55,589 nt of DNA, from positions 1 through 55,589 of the IMG/VR virus record IMGVR_UViG_3300030107_006898. One strand, given 5' to 3'. The notes below the pieces were generated by a model. That model was not told the origin of the DNA and did no database searches. It saw only the letters and a list, made by a program, of their open reading frames with translations. A program made the translations under genes and the position numbers. Positions 42,745-51,167 of the stretch are shown piece by piece; the stretch's first letter is position 1, and each line of letters starts with the position of its first letter. Origin of the DNA: a virus (lineage: Duplodnaviria > Caudoviricetes).

Positions 42745-43445
42745 TGGCTGGCAAAGGAAAAATTGGAGAATTTGCAGAGCAGCACGCCCGTGGTGCACTA
42801 GATGCCTTGACAGATGCTTACAAAAGGACATTTGACCCCGAGACATATTATCATGCAACTGGTGTTCCTGACATAAAAAAGTTTGACCCTTTTGCTGAGT
42901 CTCCTCATGGTGCTTTTGATGAAGCTGGCGCAACTTTTTTCACTCCCGATAAAAAACTTGCTGAACATTATCTTTATGGTAGCAAGGGTGCTGAATATTT
43001 GCACGGGCCAGTTGATAAAAGCTCAACTGAAGCGAAAGAGATTGCTGATGAATATGGCCGTGTTCCTACAGTTTATGAAGTTAAGATAAAAACAGACAAA
43101 CTTTTTGATCCAAATGATGAATCTCATATTCAAAAAGTTTATGAAGAGAATAAAACAAATTTCGACAATATTGATAATTTTAAAAATTATGTTGATGAAG
43201 CGATGGAAGGTGCCAGTTATGCAGATCCGGATCATGATTTTTATGAAATGTTAAAAGGAATTGGCTTTAGAGGTTTTAGAAATAATCCAAATGAAGTTGG
43301 TCTTTTCTACCCAGACAAAGGTGATGTGCGCTCTGTCTTCGCCAAGTTTGACCCCGCAAAGTCGGAGTCAGGGGAAATTCTAGCTTCAGTGCCAGCAGCT
43401 GCTTTTGTGGCTGGAGGGGCTTTAAGTGGATTAGTTGATGAATAG
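42744..43445 (+). CDS. MAGKGK-leader cassette 6, ADP-ribosyltransferase-like (ART-PolyVal-type) domain
   Basis: YYHAT...FD...FFTPD...A..Y...VYEV.I...RSVFAKFDP; C-terminal GALSGL. Confidence 0.65.
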   Translation: MAGKGKIGEFAEQHARGALDALTDAYKRTFDPETYYHATGVPDIKKFDPFAESPHGAFDEAGATFFTPDKKLAEHYLYGSKGAEYLHGPVDKSSTEAKEIADEYGRVPTVYEVKIKTDKLFDPNDESHIQKVYEENKTNFDNIDNFKNYVDEAMEGASYADPDHDFYEMLKGIGFRGFRNNPNEVGLFYPDKGDVRSVFAKFDPAKSESGEILASVPAAAFVAGGALSGLVDE

Positions 43446-43493
43446 AGCGAGCTTCGGTAAACTTTTGAAGCCAACAAACAAGAGGAGTAAATC

Positions 43494-43613
43494 ATGGCTA
43501 AAAAACCAGAGAAAAAAGCTGAAACAAAAAAAGAAACCAAACCGTCGGTTGAAGAGAGGCTCGAAAAAATAGAAGAGTTCTTGATTCACCGCTCCGGGTA
43601 TTCTCGTGATTGA
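43494..43613 (+). CDS. Small hypothetical protein (39 aa, not in track)
   Basis: GAGGAG RBS; MAKKPEKKAE... Confidence 0.55.
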   Translation: MAKKPEKKAETKKETKPSVEERLEKIEEFLIHRSGYSRD

Positions 43614-43690
43614 TCCGGAGGTCGAATCTAAAGATGTCATTGTCAATGTGACTGGCGTCTCAATTTCAACACAAACCGGAATAGGAGAAC

Positions 43691-43888
43691 ATGACAATCA
43701 AAGAGATCCTTCAAAGGATCAGAACAGAACTCCAGTTGAGGAAAGTTCAACTGGCGACTGATATGATTGAAGGTCAGGTGTCTGACTTCAACCATTATCA
43801 GAAAATCGTTGGCGTGGCTGAAGGCTTGATGCAAGCAGATGCTATTGTCGATGGAATCATTAAACAAATAGAGAAAGAGGATGAATAA
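43691..43888 (+). CDS. Conserved small head-module protein
   Basis: AGGAG RBS; G...D...Y...VG...GL motif before GroES. Confidence 0.65.
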   Translation: MTIKEILQRIRTELQLRKVQLATDMIEGQVSDFNHYQKIVGVAEGLMQADAIVDGIIKQIEKEDE

Positions 43889-43890
43889 TC

Positions 43891-44238
43891 ATGGCCCATC
43901 CCCATGCACCACAGCCATTAGGCTGGAAAGTTCTGGTAAAACCATTCGAAGCACCAGACAAAACTGATGGAGGAATCTACCTTCCTTCTCAAGCCAAAGA
44001 CGCAGAAGAATACCTCACAGCACATGGCCACATTATTTCTATGGGCGAGCTTGCTTATAGAGAAAGAGAGAGTGGCCACAAGTGGAAAGGTCATTGGCCA
44101 AGCATCAATGATCATGTCACTTATGGCAAATACGCTGGTCAAAAAATTGTGGTTGATGGCGAAAAATTTCTGATTCTTAATGATGATGAAATAACATCAA
44201 TCCTTCCTGATGATTGTGAGGTAAATAATCATGTCTGA
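43891..44238 (+). CDS. groES: Co-chaperonin GroES-like
   Basis: PLGWKVLV, KTDGGIYLP, V.YGKYAG, ILNDDEI. Confidence 0.85.
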   Translation: MAHPHAPQPLGWKVLVKPFEAPDKTDGGIYLPSQAKDAEEYLTAHGHIISMGELAYRERESGHKWKGHWPSINDHVTYGKYAGQKIVVDGEKFLILNDDEITSILPDDCEVNNHV

Positions 44239-45130
44239 AGAAGAGATTAAAAAAATTGAAGAGGAAATTGCAAACGCGCCTCTAGAAATAGAGCTTGTTG
44301 ATGATGAATCAAAAGAGCAAGAGGACCAAGAGCCAGAGCCTCAAGAAGCTAAAAAAGAGCAGGATGATCAAGAATTCAGCAAAAGAGTTCAAAAAAGAAT
44401 CAGCACGCTCGTTCAACAGCGTAAGCAAGCTGAGGCCGAAGCTGAACAATCACGCTCGGAACTTTCTTCTCTGAGATCAAGGCTAGAGCGTCTTGAGCAA
44501 GGATCAAATCAACAGGCGCAAACTGCTTTTCAAGAACGCTACAATCAGGCCCGAAATCTGTTGCAGACAGCAATAGAAGAAGGTGACACAAATGCTCAAG
44601 TAAGTTATCAAGAGCAACTCGCCGATATGCGTGCTGCAATGCGCGTTCAAGAAATGCAGCGTCAACAACAAGTTCAAAGGCAGATCTCCCCGACAGTTGG
44701 TAGAGCTGCTCAGGTTCAATCTGATCCTACGCCGCAAAAAGCAATTGACTGGTGGCAAAGGAACAATTGGTTTAATTCTGATGGTTTTGAGAGGGAAACT
44801 GCAGCAGCTAGAGCTGTTGATGTTCAGCTCGAAATAGAAGGTTATGACAAAAACTCTTCGGAGTACTACGAAACTCTCGATGGTCGTTTAAGAAAAATGT
44901 TTCCAGAACTGATTGGAGAGAGTAATGTAAGAGAGAAGTCTGCACCTAGGACAAAAAGCAGATCGCCAGTTGCACCAACTGCAGGTGGTCCTAGTCGCAG
45001 AGGAGGTCGCGTTAAGATGACGAAAGATCAACTTTCCATGGCTCGTGAGCTCGGAATAACCGACGAAAAAGGTTTGAAGGCTTATGAATCTGAGTTGAAC
45101 GCATTGCAACAGGAGAATAAGAATGGTTGA
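44231..45130 (+). CDS. Capsid scaffolding protein
   Basis: Acidic N-terminus, FSKRVQKRI coiled coil, W...N.WF, A..LG...Y C-terminus. Confidence 0.7.
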   Translation: MSEEEIKKIEEEIANAPLEIELVDDESKEQEDQEPEPQEAKKEQDDQEFSKRVQKRISTLVQQRKQAEAEAEQSRSELSSLRSRLERLEQGSNQQAQTAFQERYNQARNLLQTAIEEGDTNAQVSYQEQLADMRAAMRVQEMQRQQQVQRQISPTVGRAAQVQSDPTPQKAIDWWQRNNWFNSDGFERETAAARAVDVQLEIEGYDKNSSEYYETLDGRLRKMFPELIGESNVREKSAPRTKSRSPVAPTAGGPSRRGGRVKMTKDQLSMARELGITDEKGLKAYESELNALQQENKNG

Positions 45131-45605
45131 AAAGCGTAATGTTCGTGCATCTGAATCACGCCCAAACACTCGCGGGAAAGAAGCTCGCGCTAAAACACCT
45201 TGGAAACCCGCCTCTTTGCTTGATGCCCCTCCGGCTCGATCAGGAATGGTGCAAAGATGGGTAGCCACCTCGATTCTGGGGAAAGATACGCCCGACAATG
45301 TCTATAAACGACAGCGTGAAGGGTGGAACCCGCGACCAGCGGATACTGTGGGTGATTTTCCAATACCGACAATCAACCATGGTCAGTGGTCAGGATGCAT
45401 CGGCATCGAAGGTATGATTCTTTGCGAAATGCCTGAAGATACTCATTATGAAATGAAAGAGTATTATTCTGGCAAATCCGAAGAGTTGAATGAATCCGTC
45501 GCTACCGATCTCCGGAATGCTGAGAGGGCAGGAGGGATCCCGATCCATCAGGATCGTAGTTCTAGCGTTACCCGTGGCAGCGGTGTTGCTGTCATGGAGG
45601 ATTAA
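45123..45605 (+). CDS. Conserved head-module protein
   Basis: W.P.S.LDAP, RWV, REGW, G.ILC..P. Confidence 0.65.
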   Translation: MVEKRNVRASESRPNTRGKEARAKTPWKPASLLDAPPARSGMVQRWVATSILGKDTPDNVYKRQREGWNPRPADTVGDFPIPTINHGQWSGCIGIEGMILCEMPEDTHYEMKEYYSGKSEELNESVATDLRNAERAGGIPIHQDRSSSVTRGSGVAVMED

Positions 45606-45628
45606 ACTTCAAACCTAAGAGGTAGAAA

Positions 45629-46183
45629 ATGGCAAATGTAGACGCAGCCTTTGGCTTCGTTCCTGTGCGTCATCTCTCTGGCTCCGGATCTTGTAGGACC
45701 AACAAGTACACCATTGCGAGTGGCTTGGCTGAAAACATCTTTAATGGTGACTTGTGCATCATTGATGCGAACGGCCAAATCACGCCTCACACTGCTACTG
45801 AGGTGAACAACATTGGTGTGTTTGCTGGAGTTTCCTACACAGACTCCACGGGAGCTTATATCTATAAAGAGTTTTGGGCTTCAGGGACGACTGGTTCGGA
45901 CATAGTAGCTTACATCTATGACGATCCATTCATCATTTATAAAGTTCAGTCTGCGGGAACTCCCGCCCAGACGAACATCGGCAACTGTGCTGATGTTGTT
46001 GCTGGTGCAGGTTCCACAACGACTGGCCAATCTGGCTTCGAAATTTCTGGCACGATGGCCGCTGGTACGGCAACGTGTAAAATCATGGCTTTGTATGAGT
46101 CCCCAGAAAATTCTTTAGGAGCCAATGCTGTCATGGAAGTTCTCATCAATGAGCACCTCTATAAAGACAGCGCAGGCATTTAG
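45629..46183 (+). CDS. Minor capsid/decoration-type structural protein
   Basis: MAN.DAAFG..PV; directly upstream of MCP. Confidence 0.6.
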   Translation: MANVDAAFGFVPVRHLSGSGSCRTNKYTIASGLAENIFNGDLCIIDANGQITPHTATEVNNIGVFAGVSYTDSTGAYIYKEFWASGTTGSDIVAYIYDDPFIIYKVQSAGTPAQTNIGNCADVVAGAGSTTTGQSGFEISGTMAAGTATCKIMALYESPENSLGANAVMEVLINEHLYKDSAGI

Positions 46184-46196
46184 GAGGGTTTAGACA

Positions 46197-47102
46197 ATGG
46201 CAATGCATAGAGCACAATTTGCTAAAATGCTCGAGCCAGGACTAAACACTCTGTTTGGCCTGGAATACGATACATACCCGGAAGAGTACAAAGCTGTTTT
46301 CGCAGCAAACACTTCCAGCAAAGCATATGAAGAAGATGTTCTGTTGGAAGGTTTCGGGAATGCTCCTGTAAAAACGGAAGGTGCGGCAGTCAGCTATGAT
46401 GAAGCTACCCAGCAATGGACAGCTCGTTATCAGCATGAGACGGTTGCTCTTGCCTTTTCGATCACGGAAGAAGCTGAGGAAGATGGCCAATACGGCTCTC
46501 TTGCTGCTCGTTATACGAAAGCATTGGCTCGCTCGATGGCTTCCACTAAAGAAGTCAAGGCAGCTAATATTTTCAATAACGCAACTTCCGGCAGCCACAC
46601 GGGTGGTGATGGTGTCTCGCTCTTGAGCACTTCGCACCCAACTCGCAGTGGAAACCAGTCGAACACACTTTCGACTGCTGCTGATCTTTCGGAGACTTCT
46701 CTCGAGTCCGTTTTGATTAACATTGCTGATATGAAAGATGATCGTGGTCTTCGCGTCGCTGCGCAAGGCACTCGCTTAATCATTCCCACAGCTTATGTTT
46801 TCACTGCTGAAAGGCTCCTTGAGTCTCAACTCCGAACAGCAACTGCTGACAACGACATCAACGCGATTCGCTCTGGTGGCTACTTGCCTCAGGGTTATCA
46901 TGTTATGCGTCGTATTTCTGATTCAGATCGTTGGTTCGTCCAGACAGATGTTCCTGATGGACTTAAAATGTTCCAACGCTCTCCGATGAAGAAGGGCATG
47001 GAAGGCGATTTCGAAACTGGCAATGTCCGCTACAAAGTTCGCGAGCGTTATTCGTTCGGGTTCACCGATTGGCGTGGCGTTTTCGGTTCCGAAGGTGCCT
47101 AA
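46197..47102 (+). CDS. Major capsid protein
   Basis: LEPGLN.LFG.EY, K.EG....YD, ITEEA.ED, GDFETGN.RYK.RERYSFG..DWRG. Confidence 0.9.
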   Translation: MAMHRAQFAKMLEPGLNTLFGLEYDTYPEEYKAVFAANTSSKAYEEDVLLEGFGNAPVKTEGAAVSYDEATQQWTARYQHETVALAFSITEEAEEDGQYGSLAARYTKALARSMASTKEVKAANIFNNATSGSHTGGDGVSLLSTSHPTRSGNQSNTLSTAADLSETSLESVLINIADMKDDRGLRVAAQGTRLIIPTAYVFTAERLLESQLRTATADNDINAIRSGGYLPQGYHVMRRISDSDRWFVQTDVPDGLKMFQRSPMKKGMEGDFETGNVRYKVRERYSFGFTDWRGVFGSEGA

Positions 47103-47112
47103 ATAGGGAATT

Positions 47113-47136
47113 GGGACCACCTTAACGGGTGGTCCC
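47113..47136 (+). terminator. Hairpin after MCP (terminator or processing site)
   Basis: gggaccacc...ggtggtccc; no clear U-tract. Confidence 0.5.
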
Positions 47137-47143
47137 TAACCTT

Positions 47144-47692
47144 ATGGCTGATCCAAGAATAAAAGCTTATTATGATTATATCGGGAAAGAAGATGCAAAT
47201 CAGCTCTTCCCGGTAAACGATGGTCGTTCTCTTGATCAGAGAAGAGCCCAAGCACAACGTCTGCGCGAGATGGGTGTTCATGTTGCAACACCTAAAGCAA
47301 AGCCAGCAGAATTAAATTTTGGTAAAAATTTAGGGCAAGTTCCTATTTCTATCGGTGCCCTTGGTGGAATGACGCAAAAAGAGGTTGATGAAGCATCTAA
47401 GTCTGCGGCAGCAAGTTTGCAAGCTATAAATGACTATGGAACAATTCCTCTTTATTTCACACCAGCTGCCCCTGCAGCAGCTGCTTTTGATGTTTCAAGA
47501 GGAATAATCAACGAAGATCCGTATGAGGTTGGTCTTGCTGTTCTTGGCGTTGGAAGGCCATTAAAGTCTGTTGCTCAGACAATACCAGAGGCTCTTGAGG
47601 AGGCTTTGTCATATTCTTTTGTCTCTGGGGCTGTTGGAATACAAGTTCAAGACTTTTTGAAAAATTTAGGCAAAAAATCTTCAGAAGAATAG
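47144..47692 (+). CDS. Hypothetical protein inserted after MCP
   Basis: Open frame, contains GALGGM and hydrophobic segments; weak RBS. Confidence 0.55.
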   Translation: MADPRIKAYYDYIGKEDANQLFPVNDGRSLDQRRAQAQRLREMGVHVATPKAKPAELNFGKNLGQVPISIGALGGMTQKEVDEASKSAAASLQAINDYGTIPLYFTPAAPAAAAFDVSRGIINEDPYEVGLAVLGVGRPLKSVAQTIPEALEEALSYSFVSGAVGIQVQDFLKNLGKKSSEE

Positions 47693-47775
47693 GAAATTGA
47701 TTTTTTTATAGAATCGAAGTAAATTGTTTTACCCTGACTGCGTAATGCAGACACTGGCCACGACAGGAGATTAAA

Positions 47776-48291
47776 ATGGCTAAAACAACCTTTTCCGGAC
47801 CAGTCCGATCCCGGCGCGGATTTATATCAGCCGGACCTGATGCAGTTGTAAATATTACTGCTGAGACAACTTTAACTTTTGATGATCATGCAGGTCGCCT
47901 CATTGAAATCAATGATGCAGATGGTGCGGTTACTCTTCCGACTATTAGTGCAGATTCTAACAGCTCGACCGCTGGTGCTGATGATCCGAATGTAAACAGC
48001 CATCTTGGTGCTGTTTACAAGTTTTTTATTGGAACTGATGCAACTGACCTTGACATTAAAACAGATGGCACGGATAAGTTTGTCGGATCTCTTGCTGTCG
48101 GTGTTGATGATGGCAGCTACAAAGTTTTCCAGCCAGCAGCTTCGAATGATGTTATTTCGATGAATGGTGGTACTCAAGGTGGTGACAAAAACTCTTATGT
48201 TGAAATCACTGCTCTCGCTGACAATGAATATTTAGTTCAAGGTGTTTTAATCGGCTCTGGTACGATTGCAACTCCATTCGCGGACAGTTAA
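47776..48291 (+). CDS. Structural protein (head fibre/decoration-like)
   Basis: MAKTTFSGPV...ATPFAD; AGGAG RBS. Confidence 0.65.
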   Translation: MAKTTFSGPVRSRRGFISAGPDAVVNITAETTLTFDDHAGRLIEINDADGAVTLPTISADSNSSTAGADDPNVNSHLGAVYKFFIGTDATDLDIKTDGTDKFVGSLAVGVDDGSYKVFQPAASNDVISMNGGTQGGDKNSYVEITALADNEYLVQGVLIGSGTIATPFADS

Positions 48292-48304
48292 AATTGATTC
48301 GCTA

Positions 48305-48331
48305 TGAGGGGCAGATTCAATCTGCCCCTCA
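48305..48331 (+). terminator. Intergenic hairpin
   Basis: tgaggggcagat...atctgcccctca perfect stem. Confidence 0.55.
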
Positions 48332-48347
48332 CAACGGGAGTTAAAAT

Positions 48348-48761
48348 ATGGCAGACATAACAACTACCACAATTCTTTCTGAGAATGACCGTCAGATAGT
48401 GATGGCATTTCAATATCAGTATGTGGACACTGGCAATGAAGATGGTGTCAAAAAAGTAGATGTTTCTACTTTAGCCAAGAATGCAGATGGAGAAAGCTGC
48501 ACAGCAGTTCGTATTGTTGAGGCTTGGTGGACGATTTTTGGAATGACTGTTCAAGTTGAAGCTGATGCTGACACAGATGTAATCATCCTTCATCTTGATG
48601 AGAATCAATCTGGCTATCAGGATTACTCTATTTTTGGTGGCCTTCCAAAAACTACCTCTTATGGTTCTAGTCCAACTGGAGACATATTTTTTACAACCAC
48701 TGGGGCTGGGGCTGTAACTGACACATATCAAATTTGTTTGAGAATGATAAAAGAGTACTAG
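48348..48761 (+). CDS. Structural protein
   Basis: V.KVDVS.L, D.S.FGG, TGDI.FTT. Confidence 0.6.
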   Translation: MADITTTTILSENDRQIVMAFQYQYVDTGNEDGVKKVDVSTLAKNADGESCTAVRIVEAWWTIFGMTVQVEADADTDVIILHLDENQSGYQDYSIFGGLPKTTSYGSSPTGDIFFTTTGAGAVTDTYQICLRMIKEY

Positions 48762-48762
48762 C

Positions 48763-49443
48763 ATGGCAACATCTGGCACTGTAGCTTTTAGGCCAAATAT
48801 CGAAGAGTTGATTGACGAGGCTTTTGAGCGTTGCGGCATTGACACCCAAACAAGGACAGGTGGTCATGCCAAAAGTGCCAGAAGAAGTCTCAATATGCTC
48901 TTTTCCGAGTGGTCCAATAGAGGCTGGAATTATTGGACTGTTGGATACAAAACGATAACACTTGTTGCTGATCAGGCAACATACACGCTTGATGCTGGTC
49001 TTGTTGACATAATTGATGTTGTTTACAGAAAAGTTTCTGGGTCTACATCAACAGATCAAGTTATGAATCGCATATCAATCTCTGAGTACAATCAGATACC
49101 AAATAAAACTGATTCTGGTGTGTCGTCTCAATACATGATAGATCGTCAATACACACCAACAATGACAGTTTGGCAAGTCCCGGACAACACTAGCGATTCA
49201 ATCAGATATTATGGAGTTTTCCAACCGGAGGATGTAACAGCCTCAAATCAAGATGCTGACATTCCATATCGGTGGACAGACTGTTTGTGTGCTGGCCTTG
49301 CAGCCAAACTAGCTGTAAAGTTCTCTCCGGAGCGAGCAGGTGATCTAATGGCTCTTTATGAAAGAGCTTTTCAATTTGCCTCTGATGAAGAAGGTTCAAA
49401 TGTTCATCTTCGAGTAAGGCCAACAGGGATGAATCTGTACTGA
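48763..49443 (+). CDS. Head-tail adaptor/tail tubular A-like protein
   Basis: EAFERCG, ARRSLN....W.NRG.N.W, IS..EY..IPNK. Confidence 0.65.
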   Translation: MATSGTVAFRPNIEELIDEAFERCGIDTQTRTGGHAKSARRSLNMLFSEWSNRGWNYWTVGYKTITLVADQATYTLDAGLVDIIDVVYRKVSGSTSTDQVMNRISISEYNQIPNKTDSGVSSQYMIDRQYTPTMTVWQVPDNTSDSIRYYGVFQPEDVTASNQDADIPYRWTDCLCAGLAAKLAVKFSPERAGDLMALYERAFQFASDEEGSNVHLRVRPTGMNLY

Positions 49444-50126
49444 TGTCTGTTTATGCAAAAGGGCGAAAGTCTCTAGCGATAAGCGATCGCAGCGGATTCC
49501 GTGTGCCTTATAAAAATTTAAAAACAGAGTGGAATGGCCTGAGAGTTTCCCCGGATGATTATGATCCGAAACACCCACAGCTCACACCACCAAAAAATAT
49601 AACTGATGCAACTGCCCTTTATAGTCCTAGGCCAGATTCAGACCCAGAAAATGTTTCTTTCTATGTTAACTACAATTGGTTTGGATTTCAAAATGTCCCT
49701 CTTTCTGCAGATGGGTTTACCCAACCATCTATGGATTCAAGAGATTATGAAAAGCCCAATCGCCTTAATGCAAAAGGTTCGATTGGCACAGTCTCCATAG
49801 AGACGCCAGTTGAAATAAATGTTTCTTCCGTTCACAACCAAGGTATTGCCGGGCCAATTTCTAATATTGAACTTTCAATAGATGAGACAGGTGTTGCCGG
49901 AACAGGTGCTATTGGAACAGAGACTTTTGAATCATCAATCACTGAAACTGGCGTTGCTGGGACAGGTGAACTTGGTGTCTTTGGCGAAACAGATGGTGCA
50001 AACCTAACACTGAGCATAACTGAGACTGGCGTCGCCGGAACAGGTGCTATTGGAACAGAGTCTTTGGATGTCGACAATCCGACATGGGGAACAGGGACTT
50101 TTGGAAATGGTTCTTGGGGGCAATAA
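49443..50126 (+). CDS. Structural protein with ETGVAGTG repeats
   Basis: SDRSGF...EWNG...PKHPQ N-terminus; three SI(D/T)ETGVAGTG repeats; WG..WG tail. Confidence 0.6.
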   Translation: MSVYAKGRKSLAISDRSGFRVPYKNLKTEWNGLRVSPDDYDPKHPQLTPPKNITDATALYSPRPDSDPENVSFYVNYNWFGFQNVPLSADGFTQPSMDSRDYEKPNRLNAKGSIGTVSIETPVEINVSSVHNQGIAGPISNIELSIDETGVAGTGAIGTETFESSITETGVAGTGELGVFGETDGANLTLSITETGVAGTGAIGTESLDVDNPTWGTGTFGNGSWGQ

Positions 50127-50750
50127 ATGAATTACACAACTCTCAAAACCAACATACAAAATTTCTTAGAAGACGATTCTACGGAACTTTCAAATTCTTT
50201 AGATACGATCATATCTCAAGCAGAAGATATGATATTCCAAAGATTGCCAAACCTACCAGCTTTCCGGCAAAGCTCCACAGGAACTCTCGTTGATGGAACA
50301 GCATCCTATGTTGTGGCAAACGCACGCCTTATCCGGAATGTATCAATAACAGTTTCTAGCAATGTAAAATTCCTTGAACACCGAGTTGATTCTTATTTAA
50401 GAGACTTTGCACCGAATCCAAGCACAACTGGTGAGCCAACATTTTATAGCACCGACACAGCATCAACGTCTGGAACAACAATAACTCTCGCTCCAACGCC
50501 AAACTCCGGGTATTCTTTCGAAGTTGAGTTTGTTGCCCCAGCAACTGGATTGTCCTCTTCCAACACAACGAGTTGGCTTGGGAACAATGCTGAGAACCTA
50601 CTACTTAGCGCCTGTTTGTATGAAGCTAGCGGTTTTCTCAAAGCCCCGGAAACAGTAACTCTTTACAAATCACAATTTGATGAAGCATTGCAGCTTATGC
50701 AGCAGGAGATGCTGCGAGACTATGCTGCGGAATATGATGGAGGTATATGA
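50127..50750 (+). CDS. Head-tail adaptor-like protein
   Basis: MNY..L...I, G.P..Y, APTP, TSWLG.NA..LLL.ACL.EA. Confidence 0.6.
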   Translation: MNYTTLKTNIQNFLEDDSTELSNSLDTIISQAEDMIFQRLPNLPAFRQSSTGTLVDGTASYVVANARLIRNVSITVSSNVKFLEHRVDSYLRDFAPNPSTTGEPTFYSTDTASTSGTTITLAPTPNSGYSFEVEFVAPATGLSSSNTTSWLGNNAENLLLSACLYEASGFLKAPETVTLYKSQFDEALQLMQQEMLRDYAAEYDGGI

Positions 50751-51166
50751 TGGCAATCAGCCAAGCAATGTGCACATCTTTCAAGGCAGAGATCCTTGAT
50801 GAGCAGCACGATCTCGCAGCAGACACGATAAAAATTGCTCTTTACACGAGCAGTGCCAGCTTAGGAGCCAGCACAACGGCTTATAGCACCAGCAATGAGA
50901 TATCTGGAACAGGATATACCGCTGGGGGTGTAGCTTTGACGAGTAAAACAGTTGCAACAACTGGGACAACTGCTTACTTTGATGCTGATGATCCGAGTTG
51001 GACTTCAGCGAGTTTTACTGCGAATGGTGCTTTAATATATAATGACACTAACTCTGATAAAGCAATCGCAGTGTTAGCTTTTGGTGGTGATTTCACAGTC
51101 GCTGGTGGAACTTTTAAAATTGTTTTCCCAGCAGCAGGAGCTAATGCTATTATAAGGATCGACTGA
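50750..51166 (+). CDS. Structural (tail) protein
   Basis: A.C.SFK, KIALYT, GY.AGG, GALIYN, L.FG.D. Confidence 0.6.
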   Translation: MAISQAMCTSFKAEILDEQHDLAADTIKIALYTSSASLGASTTAYSTSNEISGTGYTAGGVALTSKTVATTGTTAYFDADDPSWTSASFTANGALIYNDTNSDKAIAVLAFGGDFTVAGGTFKIVFPAAGANAIIRID

Positions 51167-51167
51167 T

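Noticed and set aside
38717-43445. CRISPR array or integron cassette array
   Set aside because: The repeats are protein-coding leaders of imperfect identity spaced hundreds of nt apart. There are no attC-like palindromes, integrase or cas genes.
38717-43445. Classical toxin-immunity pairs (MuF/CDI-like)
   Set aside because: No MuF domain and no consistent small downstream partner for each cassette; several cassettes abut directly.
43606-43761. GTG-started ~51-aa ORF (VIDPEVESKDVIVNVTGVS...)
   Set aside because: Overlaps 43691..43888 by about 70 nt and has no clear RBS; possible but unsupported.
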